32,000 nt of DNA from Opitutales bacterium (GCA_965219535.1 CBDCNV010000002.1:1350001-1382000), one strand, 5' to 3'. Positions 1 through 9,796 are shown, numbered from the stretch's first letter. The notes: generated from the sequence alone by a model not told the origin. Numbers and translations: made by a program.

Positions 1-944
1 TCACCATTTGTTGATTTGAGGAAGGCAATAATGTCCAACAGTTGGACAAGGGTGTAGCGTTGACCATAAGTGTCTGGCATCGCCGATGGACGTAGTAACT
101 CAAAGCTTTTTATCTGGTCTGTTTTTATCGACCTCAGGACAGGGGGGAGACTCGTGACGTCGTAAACTTTGGTACGTGTAGAGCTTTCACTGACTTTTAC
201 CGCCTCAAGTTTCTCACCGTCATGAGTCGTCAGCGAAAAAAGTTGTCCAGCTGCGGTGGAGACGGAGTCGGGAAGGATTATATCTTTGAGAATCTCACGC
301 GCGGACCTTCCCGCAATGCCACTTAGATCAGGTCCTACATTTGTGGCATTGCTGTTAAAGCGGTGACAGGCAGCACAATTCAAATCATCACTGAGATCAA
401 AAAACAGCAACTTTCCTTTTTCCGGATCACCCGTCATAACAGAAGAATGATTCTCGCCTGACGCTTGATTGTCCGTGATAGGCTGAGATGCGACTCTTTT
501 CAACGGTGTGGGTGCTGAGAGATCAGATGAAGTTACATCACTGTGAAGTGGAGGCTCGGGATCGTTCGGACCCAATTTTGAAAGCGTCCCGATATAGGCT
601 ACGACCGCTAGGATTTCCTCACCGCTGAGTCGGGATTTCCAACCGGCCATGGATGAGTTCGGAACACCATCCTCTATCACTTTAATTAAATAATCACTAT
701 CCCAGTTTTTTCCCCGTAAGCGAGGACCTCCTCCGACACGACCGGCTTTTCCATGGCAATAACCTACTGAGCAACTCTGCTCGAAAACAGCGCGCCCCAC
801 CTTTAGGACATTTACGTCCGGGGACGAAATGGCCGGCACTTTCGAAATTAACGGAATTGGTGAGAGGCATACACACCCTATTACGAGACTGAAGATCAAT
901 CTCTCTCGCCACTTCAGACTCGACCTCTTAGCGTAACCGCGCAT
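1..944 (-). CDS. di-haem c-type cytochrome, partial (C-terminus runs off the left edge)
   Basis: This ORF is absent from the ORF track because it has no stop in the window. I translated the minus strand codon by codon from ATG 944-942, and the frame stays open to base 1. The N-terminus MAGYAKRSSLKWRERLIFSLVIGCVCLS looks like a signal peptide. QSCSVGYCHGK (CX4CH, 753-773) follows, with SSMAGW downstream as a possible Met ligand. A second motif NCAACHR (CXXCH, 363-377) is followed by VGPDLSGI. The gene starts 45 nt after the PQQ dehydrogenase stop on the same strand. Confidence 0.75.
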   Translation of the reverse strand, partial: MRGYAKRSSLKWRERLIFSLVIGCVCLSPIPLISKVPAISSPDVNVLKVGRAVFEQSCSVGYCHGKAGRVGGGPRLRGKNWDSDYLIKVIEDGVPNSSMAGWKSRLSGEEILAVVAYIGTLSKLGPNDPEPPLHSDVTSSDLSAPTPLKRVASQPITDNQASGENHSSVMTGDPEKGKLLFFDLSDDLNCAACHRFNSNATNVGPDLSGIAGRSAREILKDIILPDSVSTAAGQLFSLTTHDGEKLEAVKVSESSTRTKVYDVTSLPPVLRSIKTDQIKSFELLRPSAMPDTYGQRYTLVQLLDIIAFLKSTNG

Positions 945-988
945 GTGAACCCTATCTCGATGACGCAACGCTCAGGTGAAGTAGGTAT

Positions 989-2674
989 TTATTTTCCAAG
1001 CGCAAAAACGAAAAGAGCGCTGCCACTCGGGAAGTCTTCAATCTCTGGCCAAATTTGCGGCATGATGCCGGCGACAGCAGAACCCCAACCAGCGGGAACC
1101 GCGATGTACTGTCTTCCGTCGACCGCGTATGTCATGGGTGAACCACGATGACCTGAACCCGTGTTGAAACTCCAAAGCTTCTTACCCGAAACCGCATCGA
1201 GGGCAAAAAAATCTCCCTCTGGGTCACCCGTGAATACGAGATTGCCCCCTGTTGCTACGGCGGAAGCGAGGAGGGGATATTTAGAACGGTAACTCCATTT
1301 CTTTTTTCCAGTAACCGGATCGTAGGCATCGAAGTGGCTCCATGCCTCTCCTTCAGGTGTTCGCCGAAGCTCAAAGACCCCACCAAAAAAAGGCTCTCCC
1401 GGTTTTGGTTTCTCTTCTTGTACCGTCAAGTTCTGACACCACTCAATTCCCGTTGTATAAAACAATCCCGTTTTCGGGCTATAGGCTGCGTGGTTCCAAC
1501 TGCGTCCCCCGCCAATCGAGGGGCAGATGATCGTTTGCTCTCCTACCTTGGGTTCAAATCGATCCAGGAGCTGACCATTTGCATCGATACCACTGATCCA
1601 GTTGATCTTTTCAGCGAGCGGCCAGGCGTTTATGAACTCACCATTGGTTCGATCCATTACCCACGTGTAGCCACCCTTGTTTGGATTAACCAGTAGTTTA
1701 CGTTTTACGCCTTTGACTTTCAAATCCAGTAAAACGCATTCATAGGCCGCGTCCCAGTCCCAGACATCATGGGGAATCTCCTGGTGATACCATATAAGCT
1801 CCCCACTGTCCGGATTCAGGGCAACAATACTATCGGTATAGAGATTATCCCCCTCGCGGTCTTTCCCATAAAAGTCGGCCGCGGGATTACCCACACCCCA
1901 GTATACTAAATTGAGCTCTGGATCGTAGGAACCGGTCATCCAGGTAGAGCCACCTCCATACTTCCAGCTATCCCCAAGCCAGGTCTCATTACCCTCCACT
2001 CCCGGCTCCGGAATAGTCCAGAACCGCCAGGCGTGCCGGCCCGTTTTAGCGTTGAAGGCATTGAGGTACCCCCGGTGCGCGGAGTCTCCCGCCGTGACTC
2101 CGACGATGACTTTGTCCTTCACTACCAGCGGCGCCCCGGTTATATTGCAGCCGCACTGATCGACATCTTCGATCTCCACTTTCCATACTTCCTCTCCGGA
2201 CTCCGCGTCGAGGGCGAGCAGATGATTATCAATTGTCCCCATATAGACCAGTCCATGACCCAGGGCGACCCCCCGGTTCCAGGGCCCGTAAAGTAATCCA
2301 AATTCTTTAGGCACTGGATAGTAGTAGTGCCAGAGTTCCTTGCCAGTTACCGCGTCGAGCGCAAACACACGATTCCACGGAGAAGTGATGTACATCACAC
2401 CATCCGCAACCAACGGCGTGCACGAAAACCCCCCGTCCACGACGCCAGTCTGAAAGACCCATACCGGAACCAGGTTATCTACGTTTTTTCGATTAATCTG
2501 ATCCAACGGACTGTAACGCCAGGCGTTGTAAGTACCGCTGTAAGTCATCCAGTTCTCCGGTTCATTCGCGGCATCAATAAGCCGCTTCGAATCAATTTCT
2601 TCACCCCACAGACCTGTGCTCAGTAAAAGCATAAGAGTTAACGATCCGCAGTTCACACCATTTTTAAATTTCAT
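989..2674 (-). CDS. PQQ-dependent dehydrogenase, methanol/ethanol family (8-bladed propeller), secreted
   Basis: 561 aa with a signal-like N-terminus (MKFKNGVNCGSLTLMLLLSTGLWG). Family blocks are present: PLVADGVMY, ITGAPLVVKDKVIVG, RGYLNAFNAKTGRHAWRF, GVGNPA, EGDNLYT, HDVWDWD and NKGGYTWVMDRTNGE. A cytochrome c gene lies immediately downstream. Confidence 0.85.
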   Translation of the reverse strand: MKFKNGVNCGSLTLMLLLSTGLWGEEIDSKRLIDAANEPENWMTYSGTYNAWRYSPLDQINRKNVDNLVPVWVFQTGVVDGGFSCTPLVADGVMYITSPWNRVFALDAVTGKELWHYYYPVPKEFGLLYGPWNRGVALGHGLVYMGTIDNHLLALDAESGEEVWKVEIEDVDQCGCNITGAPLVVKDKVIVGVTAGDSAHRGYLNAFNAKTGRHAWRFWTIPEPGVEGNETWLGDSWKYGGGSTWMTGSYDPELNLVYWGVGNPAADFYGKDREGDNLYTDSIVALNPDSGELIWYHQEIPHDVWDWDAAYECVLLDLKVKGVKRKLLVNPNKGGYTWVMDRTNGEFINAWPLAEKINWISGIDANGQLLDRFEPKVGEQTIICPSIGGGRSWNHAAYSPKTGLFYTTGIEWCQNLTVQEEKPKPGEPFFGGVFELRRTPEGEAWSHFDAYDPVTGKKKWSYRSKYPLLASAVATGGNLVFTGDPEGDFFALDAVSGKKLWSFNTGSGHRGSPMTYAVDGRQYIAVPAGWGSAVAGIMPQIWPEIEDFPSGSALFVFALGK

Positions 2675-2816
2675 GATTAAATCCGATTTCTTTAAGGGTG
2701 GAAAGATCCACTCGCCGGATACCCCAGCGATGGGTTAAGAGGTCAGACCCGATTCGATAACCCTTTACAACCTGATCTGTCAATTGTTTATGACCCCAGG
2801 GGTGTCGGCAGGGTTC

Positions 2817-3300
2817 AGAAAGAAAGATATACGATTTCCGATATCCGATATTCGAAGTAGGTTCTACACTTCACACATCAAACGTCGTATATCAATCCCA
2901 CTTCGCACATTAAACATCGAATTTCAGAAAGAAAGATATCCGATATCCGATATTCGATATACGAAGTAGGTTCTACACTTCACACATCAAACGTCGGATA
3001 TCAAACGTCGGATATCGGTAAGAAAGATATACGATTTATGATATCCGATATGCGATATACGAAGTAAGAAAGAAAACTCAACCCCTCGCAATTCGAATAT
3101 CGTATATCAAACGTCGGATATCGGTAAGAAAGATATACGATTTATGATATCCGATATGCGATATGCGATATACGAAGTAAGAAAGAAAACTCAACCCTTC
3201 ACACATCAAACGTCGTATATCAAACGTCGGATATCGTTAAGAAAGTTATACGAATTACGATATATAATGTAATTAATACATATAAAAATCGAATATAAGA
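2817..3300. repeat. Tandem array of about 5 units (91-113 bp) of a GATATCCGATAT / TCAAACGTCGGATATC-rich repeat, upstream of the four-helix-bundle gene
   Basis: The anchor GAAAGATAT recurs at 2822, 2931, 3022, 3128 and, degenerate, at 3241. Units share AGAAAGATATACGATTTATGATATCCGATATGCGATATACGAAGTA...CCCTTCACACATCAAACGTCGTATATCAAACGTCGGATATCG. Confidence 0.9.
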
Positions 3301-3309
3301 CGTATGTAA

Positions 3310-3663
3310 ATGGATAGGCATAATCTCGAAGAAAGGCTTATTGATTTCACAGTTTTAGCTATCGGTCTGGCCGAGAATTTGCCCAGTTCACCAGCGGGAA
3401 AGCATCTTGGTGGACAACTAATAAGATCTTCTTCTTCTATGGCTTTGAACTACGCGGAAGCACAAGGAGCGGAATCGAGAAAAGATTTTAAGCATAAAAT
3501 TAAAGTAGTACTAAAAGAGGCCCGTGAAAGCCATGTATGTTTACGAGTGATTATTAAAAAGAACGGTCTCGCGGATAATGAAATTGTTCAATCAGTACTC
3601 GATGAAGCTAATCAGATTGTGAGCATATTTGTTAAAATGTCCCAATCGTTAGATGATGCATAA
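3310..3663 (+). CDS. four-helix-bundle protein (23S rRNA intervening-sequence protein family, Avd-like fold)
   Basis: 117 aa. The pattern typical of this family is present: FTVLAIGLAENLP...GKHLGGQLIRSSSSMALNYAEAQGAESRKDFKHKIKVVLKEARESHVCLRVI. Confidence 0.8.
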   Translation: MDRHNLEERLIDFTVLAIGLAENLPSSPAGKHLGGQLIRSSSSMALNYAEAQGAESRKDFKHKIKVVLKEARESHVCLRVIIKKNGLADNEIVQSVLDEANQIVSIFVKMSQSLDDA

Positions 3664-3668
3664 TTATC

Positions 3669-3880
3669 AGAAAGAAAGATATCCGATTTCCGATATGTGA
3701 CGTGCGAAGGAAATTCCAACACATCGAACTTCGGATATCGTATATCAAACGTCTGATATCTCTAAGAAAGATATTCGATTTCCGATATCCGATATTCGAT
3801 GTACGAAGTATGAAGAAAGCTTTACCCTTCGAACATCGAATATCGTATATCAAACGTCGAATATCAATCCCCCTCTCGCA
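3669..3880. repeat. Two more units of the same ~105-bp repeat, same orientation, downstream of the four-helix-bundle gene
   Basis: GAAAGATAT anchors at 3674 and 3766. The units end in CCCTTCGAACATCGAATATCGTATATCAAACGTCGAATATC. Confidence 0.85.
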
Positions 3881-4340
3881 TATCAATCTTCATAACCGTG
3901 TACTCATGACCGTGGGTTACCACCTCTTCAAATATTTTCCAACCCAGCCGTGAATAGAAATTCACCTTGTCGGGAGTGAATAGATAGAGCCGGGGAAAAT
4001 TCAAGGCTCTTGCTTTTTTAACCACGTGTTTCGACAAGGCAGAACCAATGCCTTTATTTCGATGTTCGGGAAGAACAAATACCGTGGATAACCAGGGCGA
4101 TAAATTTTGACGAATAGGCAGGTCGTAGATTGTCAGGCTCGCCGAGCCCACGGGAACGGATCCGGTGAAAGCAACAAAGGTTAGGGGAAGGGTGTTCTTA
4201 TTAAGATGTTCTTTTAAATCAGCTATCCGCCATTCAACTGTTTGTTGCGGTTCAATAGTGCTGGGGCCCCAATGGTCAAAATGCCACTTTGCTATAAGCG
4301 GTATCAAGTCAGCATAATTTTTCAGGTAATCTATTTTCAT
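3864..4340 (-). CDS. GNAT family N-acetyltransferase
   Basis: 158 aa. The acetyl-CoA motif A is present as VLPEHRNKGIGSALSKHVVKKA. Confidence 0.75.
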   Translation of the reverse strand: MKIDYLKNYADLIPLIAKWHFDHWGPSTIEPQQTVEWRIADLKEHLNKNTLPLTFVAFTGSVPVGSASLTIYDLPIRQNLSPWLSTVFVLPEHRNKGIGSALSKHVVKKARALNFPRLYLFTPDKVNFYSRLGWKIFEEVVTHGHEYTVMKIDMREGD

Positions 4341-4435
4341 TCAGTTTAAATGATAGCCAAAATGTTAGTGCCCCTTCAGTAGATACTCCTCTGATCGGCA
4401 TATTCCCTATGACTTTTCCCTATTTTCTTGTTATT

Positions 4436-6922
4436 CTATTGGTTCTTCTGCACTGCCAATGCAAGTCGGGTCTGGATGGTTATCAGTTTAGCTGGGGGAA
4501 GCTTCAGAATGCGATACTGGGGATCGCGATCGACCGGGCTGGTTACTACATCATTTTCCGAACATTCCAGATCGACGATCTCATTGGGAAATTTAACTCT
4601 CACTGTCTGTGCCGTCTTAGACAGCAATTCAACTTTTACTTTGTCCCAATTCCAGTTGAGTCGTAACTCAATGCCACCGCGTGCCCGTAAGCCTTTGATC
4701 TCTCCTTTGCTCCATGTTTCAGGTAATGCTGGAAACAATTTTAGTATTCCAGGCCGGGAATAGGCCAGCGATTCCAGAACTGCCGCCGAGAGACCAGAGT
4801 TCGCATCCATATTGAAGGGGCCGTCAGTCCAGCAGAACGAAAGAAGGTTCTCAGGACTGCAGGTTAGGCATACTCGTCTGACGCACTCCAATGTCCGGTC
4901 GGCGTCACCCAGGCGAGCGTATGCACATGCCTGGTGAGCGCAGGACCAAGCTGCAAAATCTCCTTCACGGTTGAATTTTGTCTCCAGTACCAGCCGGCAG
5001 CCTTCACGAATTGTATCATCTCCCATATCGCCGTTTATCTCGAACCCGGGAAACAATGGATAGATATGAGCCATGTGTCGGTGACCAGGCTGACCTATGA
5101 GGTCCGGGTGTATCCACTCCTTTATAGCGCCATCCTGTCTTAGCTGATATGCGGGTAACTTGTTGAGCATCTCACGCCATCGCTCGACGCCTTCTTTTTC
5201 AACATCGAGTATCTCACATGCTGCTATCAGGTTGGTTAGCACTTCCTTTGTGACTGCGACATCCATAGTCGCATTAATTGTTGTTCTGCTTTTAGATTTT
5301 TTATTTTTCCTGCTTATGGCGATATTTTCAGGAGAGTGCGACGGTGAGAATATGTATTTGCCGTCAACGTCTTCGATAACGAAATCTTCGTAGAACAAAG
5401 CTACCTCCTTCATGAACGGGATCGCACGGTTGGCTAGAAAATCCAGGTCGCCGGTATAGAGATAGTAGTCATAATAGAGTTGAGCCAACCATCCGGCGCC
5501 GGCTGTCCAAAACTGCCATTGGGCGTCTTGAACGATCAATCCGTGGTCGCTGTGGCGCATATAGCTGTATATACCACGACAACCCCAAATCTGCCTGGCG
5601 TTTATTTTCCAGTCAGGAATAAGGGAATCAAAGTAGTCGAAGTAGGGGAGGCTGACTTCAGCCATGTTACCCGGTAATGCCTGCCAATAGCACATCTCTA
5701 CATTTTCGTCTGTCGTATAGTCTGAGGACCACGCCGGCGTCCACGTACCGGACCAAACTCCCTGAAGATTGGCGGGTAGCCCACCTGGCCGTGAACTGCT
5801 TATGAGCAGATAACGACCATAATCAAACAAACGCTCCATCAGCGCTGTGGAAAAACTATCCACATTCGCGGACAGATCCAGCAACTGCTTGTTGGATAAC
5901 GAACGCTGTTTCCCACCATTCAGGTCTAGGGTCATGCGCAGGAAAAGTTCGCGGTGTTGCTTGGCGTGAGGTATGAAGAGGGCATCGTAATCAGCAGGTA
6001 AGCTGCTAATTGTGGAATCCAGTCGCTCAATCACTGCTTCATGGCTCTTTTCATTGGCAAACAGCTTTACAATAATAAAAACTTCATCTGCGCCGCTGAC
6101 CTTCACTTTGTTGTCAGCAGAAGCTTTCATCGATCCACCCTTAGTCCACACCCTTGCTACGCCGCCGAACTCACGCCCGTCCCAGTATCGACCGCACAAA
6201 GTAAGCCGTCTCTGGTCATCCACTGAGGTTCTGTAAGTGACAGGATCTCCCTTGTATGCTTTTCGGGCCAGGAGATACTCTTTTTTTCGGCCCATCCACA
6301 TCGAATATATCTCTTTCTGAGGATCATGAGAAGCCAGAGTAATATCAGTTGTCACTGTGCCGGGCTTTGAGCTCCGCAGCCGTAAGATAATCACGTCGTC
6401 AGTTCGCGATACGAATAGGTTCCGTTGGTATTCACTACCGTTCTGTGTCCAGTTAGCTACGTCCTCGCCCGTTTCAAAATCAAGATGATGTAGGTAGTTC
6501 CCGAAAGGGTCTTTGCTGACGGTGTCGTAATTGTCCGGCTGGTGAATCAGTAGGTCAAAAGCCGGATGGTAAGGATTCGTAAAGGGATTTCTCTGTAACC
6601 CATAGTCAAATTCCTTGAGTTTGCTGTTCCAGAAATTCTCTCCCTCCGTATACTGGCCTTGAGAGAGCATTTCCCTAAGTTTAGGGAGGTGCAGGGCCAT
6701 GTTCGGTACCTCCTCGGGCTTTTCATGAAGAGGGTACCACAGTGCCTCGTGGTTTAACAAGATGGTTTCATCCTGGGGGTTGCCATATGCCATGGCACCA
6801 ACGGAGCCATTGCCGCATGGAAACGCTTCGTCCCAGCGTGTCGCAGGTTGGGTGACTGTCATACCATGCTCGCGAGGAAGAGGCGTATATGCTGTCCCCG
6901 AAGGGAAAGGATCATCCTTCAT
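4436..6922 (-). CDS. glycoside hydrolase family 95-like (alpha-L-fucosidase type), cytoplasmic
   Basis: 828 aa. The N-terminus WDEAFPCGNGSVGAMAYG...LLNHEALW matches the family. The central block LQGVWSGTWTPAWSSDYTTDENVEMCYWQA resembles the GH95 catalytic-region signature. No signal peptide is visible. Confidence 0.7.
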   Translation of the reverse strand: MKDDPFPSGTAYTPLPREHGMTVTQPATRWDEAFPCGNGSVGAMAYGNPQDETILLNHEALWYPLHEKPEEVPNMALHLPKLREMLSQGQYTEGENFWNSKLKEFDYGLQRNPFTNPYHPAFDLLIHQPDNYDTVSKDPFGNYLHHLDFETGEDVANWTQNGSEYQRNLFVSRTDDVIILRLRSSKPGTVTTDITLASHDPQKEIYSMWMGRKKEYLLARKAYKGDPVTYRTSVDDQRRLTLCGRYWDGREFGGVARVWTKGGSMKASADNKVKVSGADEVFIIVKLFANEKSHEAVIERLDSTISSLPADYDALFIPHAKQHRELFLRMTLDLNGGKQRSLSNKQLLDLSANVDSFSTALMERLFDYGRYLLISSSRPGGLPANLQGVWSGTWTPAWSSDYTTDENVEMCYWQALPGNMAEVSLPYFDYFDSLIPDWKINARQIWGCRGIYSYMRHSDHGLIVQDAQWQFWTAGAGWLAQLYYDYYLYTGDLDFLANRAIPFMKEVALFYEDFVIEDVDGKYIFSPSHSPENIAISRKNKKSKSRTTINATMDVAVTKEVLTNLIAACEILDVEKEGVERWREMLNKLPAYQLRQDGAIKEWIHPDLIGQPGHRHMAHIYPLFPGFEINGDMGDDTIREGCRLVLETKFNREGDFAAWSCAHQACAYARLGDADRTLECVRRVCLTCSPENLLSFCWTDGPFNMDANSGLSAAVLESLAYSRPGILKLFPALPETWSKGEIKGLRARGGIELRLNWNWDKVKVELLSKTAQTVRVKFPNEIVDLECSENDVVTSPVDRDPQYRILKLPPAKLITIQTRLALAVQKNQ

Positions 6923-7303
6923 ATTTAAATAAATTTGAAATATAAGGTTTAAGGAGGATCAATCGAATAGTAACTTTCAATTGAACATTATATCATAGGG
7001 ATATTTGATCTTCACTGGCAATGGAGTATAAAATTTTATTTTGAAAAATAATAAAAGAAGAATATCCCCTTTGAAATTTTCCGCATTATGCAAGCCGCGA
7101 ATAAATGTTAATAAGTGCTTGCATGTAGGGGAGAAGAACGTAGTATGCACATTCTTTAGTGTAATTCCCATACGGTTATTTCACTCTAATCCATGCGTCC
7201 CGGTCTTGTAGACAGGGTCGCCCAAATACCGCAATGAATGCGGTCCTTTCTTTTCCACGCGTCCGGCAGGTAGAGATTTGAATCATCCCGGACCTGGAAA
7301 TAT

Positions 7304-8668
7304 ATGAAAGAAAATAGTCATGCGCCACGTGCGCACAATGGACATGCTGTCCCTCAACAAGAACCGCGACCCCTTGAAGGTGCCTTTGGTGCACTGATTC
7401 CGGAGATTCAGCGGGCTGTAAACGCCGAGGGCTATGTCACCCCCACCCCCATTCAGGAGCAATGCATTCCGCATCTGCTTGAAGGACGGGACCTGCTGGG
7501 CTGTGCCCAGACCGGAACCGGCAAAACTGCTGCCTTTTCCTTACCGCTTCTGCAAGGGCTTGCCGGCAGATCACGTAAGTTTCAGAAAGGAACACCCTTG
7601 TCGCTGATCCTTGCTCCCACCCGCGAACTCGCGGCGCAGATCGAGGATAGTATTAGAACTTACGGCCGTTTTCTCCGCGTACGTCACACCGTAATTTTCG
7701 GCGGAGTCAGCCAGTTTAACCAAGTCAAGGCACTGAACCGTGGGATCGATATTCTTGTCGCCACCCCCGGCCGTTTACTTGATCTGATCGAGCAGGGATA
7801 TATCCACTTAAATCAAGTGGAGGTCTTCATTCTCGATGAAGTGGACCGTATGCTCGACATGGGATTTATTCCCGACATCGAGCGTGTATTGGCCTTAATT
7901 CCGAAGAAGCGTCAGACCCTGTTTTTCTCCGCCACGATGGCCCAGAAAATGAGGGAGCTGGCTCACACCATGGTCCGCAACCCGGTAAAAGTGACGATCG
8001 CGCCGGACAAACCTACCTTGGACAGTATCGATCAGAAGATGCTCTTTGTGAATAAAAAGAATAAGGATGCCCTGTTGGTATCCCTCTTGGGCGATCCCCA
8101 GATCAATAAAGCACTCATTTTTACGCAGATGAAACACGTGGCCAACCGCGTAGTGGACAAGTTGTACGACGCGGGCATTCGTGGAACCGCAATCCATAGT
8201 AATAAAAGCCAGGCTGCGCGTACCAAAGCACTGGACGGCTTCAAGCGAGGTCGTTTCCGCGTGATGGTCGCCACTGATGTAGCGGCGAGAGGTTTGGATG
8301 TGGATGATATCACTCATGTCATCAACTACGATCTACCCGTGGAGGCCGAAACTTATGTGCACCGCATTGGGCGCACCGCCAGAGCGGGGGCGAGAGGTGA
8401 TGCCATTTCGTTCTGTTGCGCTGAAGATCGGAGCAATCTGCGGGATATTGAACGCCTGTTGGGCAATCCTGTGCCGGCCGATAAGGATCATGCCTTTCAT
8501 TGCGACAAAGCCGTTTCGTCCTCCAGCAAGCCAGCTAAGAAGAGATACTTCCGTGGCAATGGAGGAGGAGGAGGCCGCAGCAGTAATAGTGGCCGCGGTG
8601 GTTTCTCGCGCTTCCGCACCCGTAGCCGCAACGGCGGTGGAAAGTTCAATAAAGGCCGCGCAAATTAG
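7304..8668 (+). CDS. DEAD-box ATP-dependent RNA helicase (RhlE-like) with a Gly/Arg-rich C-terminal tail
   Basis: A Q-motif region is present (TPTPIQ). Motif I is AQTGTGKT. Motif II reads DEVD rather than DEAD. SAT and HRIGRTARAG are present. The tail is GNGGGGGRSSNSGRGGFSRFRTRSRNGGG. Confidence 0.9.
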   Translation: MKENSHAPRAHNGHAVPQQEPRPLEGAFGALIPEIQRAVNAEGYVTPTPIQEQCIPHLLEGRDLLGCAQTGTGKTAAFSLPLLQGLAGRSRKFQKGTPLSLILAPTRELAAQIEDSIRTYGRFLRVRHTVIFGGVSQFNQVKALNRGIDILVATPGRLLDLIEQGYIHLNQVEVFILDEVDRMLDMGFIPDIERVLALIPKKRQTLFFSATMAQKMRELAHTMVRNPVKVTIAPDKPTLDSIDQKMLFVNKKNKDALLVSLLGDPQINKALIFTQMKHVANRVVDKLYDAGIRGTAIHSNKSQAARTKALDGFKRGRFRVMVATDVAARGLDVDDITHVINYDLPVEAETYVHRIGRTARAGARGDAISFCCAEDRSNLRDIERLLGNPVPADKDHAFHCDKAVSSSSKPAKKRYFRGNGGGGGRSSNSGRGGFSRFRTRSRNGGGKFNKGRAN

Positions 8669-8791
8669 GGAAAGCGCTAACGCGCGTGTTATGTTTTAAG
8701 TGTTAGGTTTTAGGTTTTCATCTTCAACCCTGAACGCTGAACCCTAAACCCTGCTTGCCCTGAGCGTAGTCGAAGGGAACCCTCTCTCCGC

Positions 8792-9796
8792 TCAGATATA
8801 CCCCGTGGCGCGAAGTAGTGTTTCCTGCACGAGCAATTCGTGGTCTAAGGAGCGATCCGATTGACGTTCACCGGAGAGGACGCTGAGCAGGGCCTCGAGC
8901 TCGCGATCGTATAGTTGTTGCCGGTTGTGCCCTATGACCTCGACGATCTGTTCGCCCGCGGCGAAGTCGCCTTGCGCTTTATCGAGGCAGAGACGTATCC
9001 TATCACCGGGCTCAAAGGGTTCGAGGATGATGGCACTTCCTTTTGTCCCATAGACTTCAAAGCGACGGGCCGTCGGATTTGTTTCGAAGGCTGAAATATC
9101 AATGAAAACTATCGCGCCATCGTATTCAAAGACACCGAGCGAGTTGTCGATACAGTCCTTCGCTTCGCTGTCATTGTGCAGGAAGGTGGAGATCTTAGAT
9201 GGACGTCCCAACAGCCAGACGACCTGGTCGAGCATATGAGAGGCGAGATCGTAAAAGATCCCGCCATTGAATATAGAAAACGCTTCACGATTCTCCACCG
9301 GCAGGTTCGTGGACATGTGAGCGCGGAGTGAAGTGATATTACCGAGTAGGCCGTCATGGACCCAGGCGGCGACCTGTTGAAAACCGGTGTGATAACGGAA
9401 CATGAATCCCATCTGGAGCTGGGTTCCCTGCTCGCGTGCCAGGGCGACGACGCGTTGCCATTTTTCCCAGTCGTTGCCCGCTGGCTTATCATACCAGACA
9501 TGTTTCCCCGCACTGACGAGTGCTTCTGTCTGGTCGAGACTCTCGATGTTCGCGCCTTCGGAAGCGACGGCGATAATCGATTCGTCGTTCAGGATTTTCG
9601 ATGGATCATCGAAAAAATCAGCTTCAGACCATGGGGCCTGGTCTTCGACTGAACGGCGTCGTGCTTCATCGGGTTCGTAGACACCGGCGATTTCGACTAG
9701 GGGATTTGAGAGCAACGCTTGCAGTTTCCCCGCGGCATGGCCGTGTTTGGTTCCCCACTGCGCAAATTTCACAGTTCGTTCAGTCGATTTCTTCAT
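8792..9796 (-). CDS. Gfo/Idh/MocA family oxidoreductase
   Basis: The track ORF extends to 9961, but its first 55 aa lie inside the upstream gene. I start at ATG 9796 (MKKSTERTVKFAQWGTKHGHAAGK...), a Rossmann-type N-terminus. This start overlaps the upstream gene's stop by 17 nt. Confidence 0.75.
   Translation of the reverse strand: MKKSTERTVKFAQWGTKHGHAAGKLQALLSNPLVEIAGVYEPDEARRRSVEDQAPWSEADFFDDPSKILNDESIIAVASEGANIESLDQTEALVSAGKHVWYDKPAGNDWEKWQRVVALAREQGTQLQMGFMFRYHTGFQQVAAWVHDGLLGNITSLRAHMSTNLPVENREAFSIFNGGIFYDLASHMLDQVVWLLGRPSKISTFLHNDSEAKDCIDNSLGVFEYDGAIVFIDISAFETNPTARRFEVYGTKGSAIILEPFEPGDRIRLCLDKAQGDFAAGEQIVEVIGHNRQQLYDRELEALLSVLSGERQSDRSLDHELLVQETLLRATGYI

Noticed and set aside
697-912. 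Track ORF of 71 aa on the minus strand.
   Set aside because: The overlapping +1 frame gives a continuous signal peptide plus a two-haem-motif cytochrome c, open from 944 to the window edge. The 71-aa ORF is a shadow of that gene.
2817-3880. Possible CRISPR array, considered here and for the GGGTTCA arrays at 20521-20709 and 22997-23141.
   Set aside because: There is no alternation of a fixed 25-40-nt repeat with unique spacers. Here the whole ~105-bp unit is repeated, and the other arrays are pure heptamers. No cas genes are in the window.
2784-3953. Small ORFs 2784..2969 (+), 3632..3886 (-) and 3702..3953 (+).
   Set aside because: They read through the ~105-bp tandem repeat units, giving repetitive ISDIR/YIKRRIS-type translations. 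They overlap each other and the GNAT gene's 3' end.
7229-7256. CCGCAATGAATGCGG followed by TCCTTTCTTTTCC in the helicase leader, as a possible attenuator or terminator.
   Set aside because: The stem is only 5 bp. It could be part of a cold-shock-type structured 5' UTR, but I cannot support that from sequence alone.
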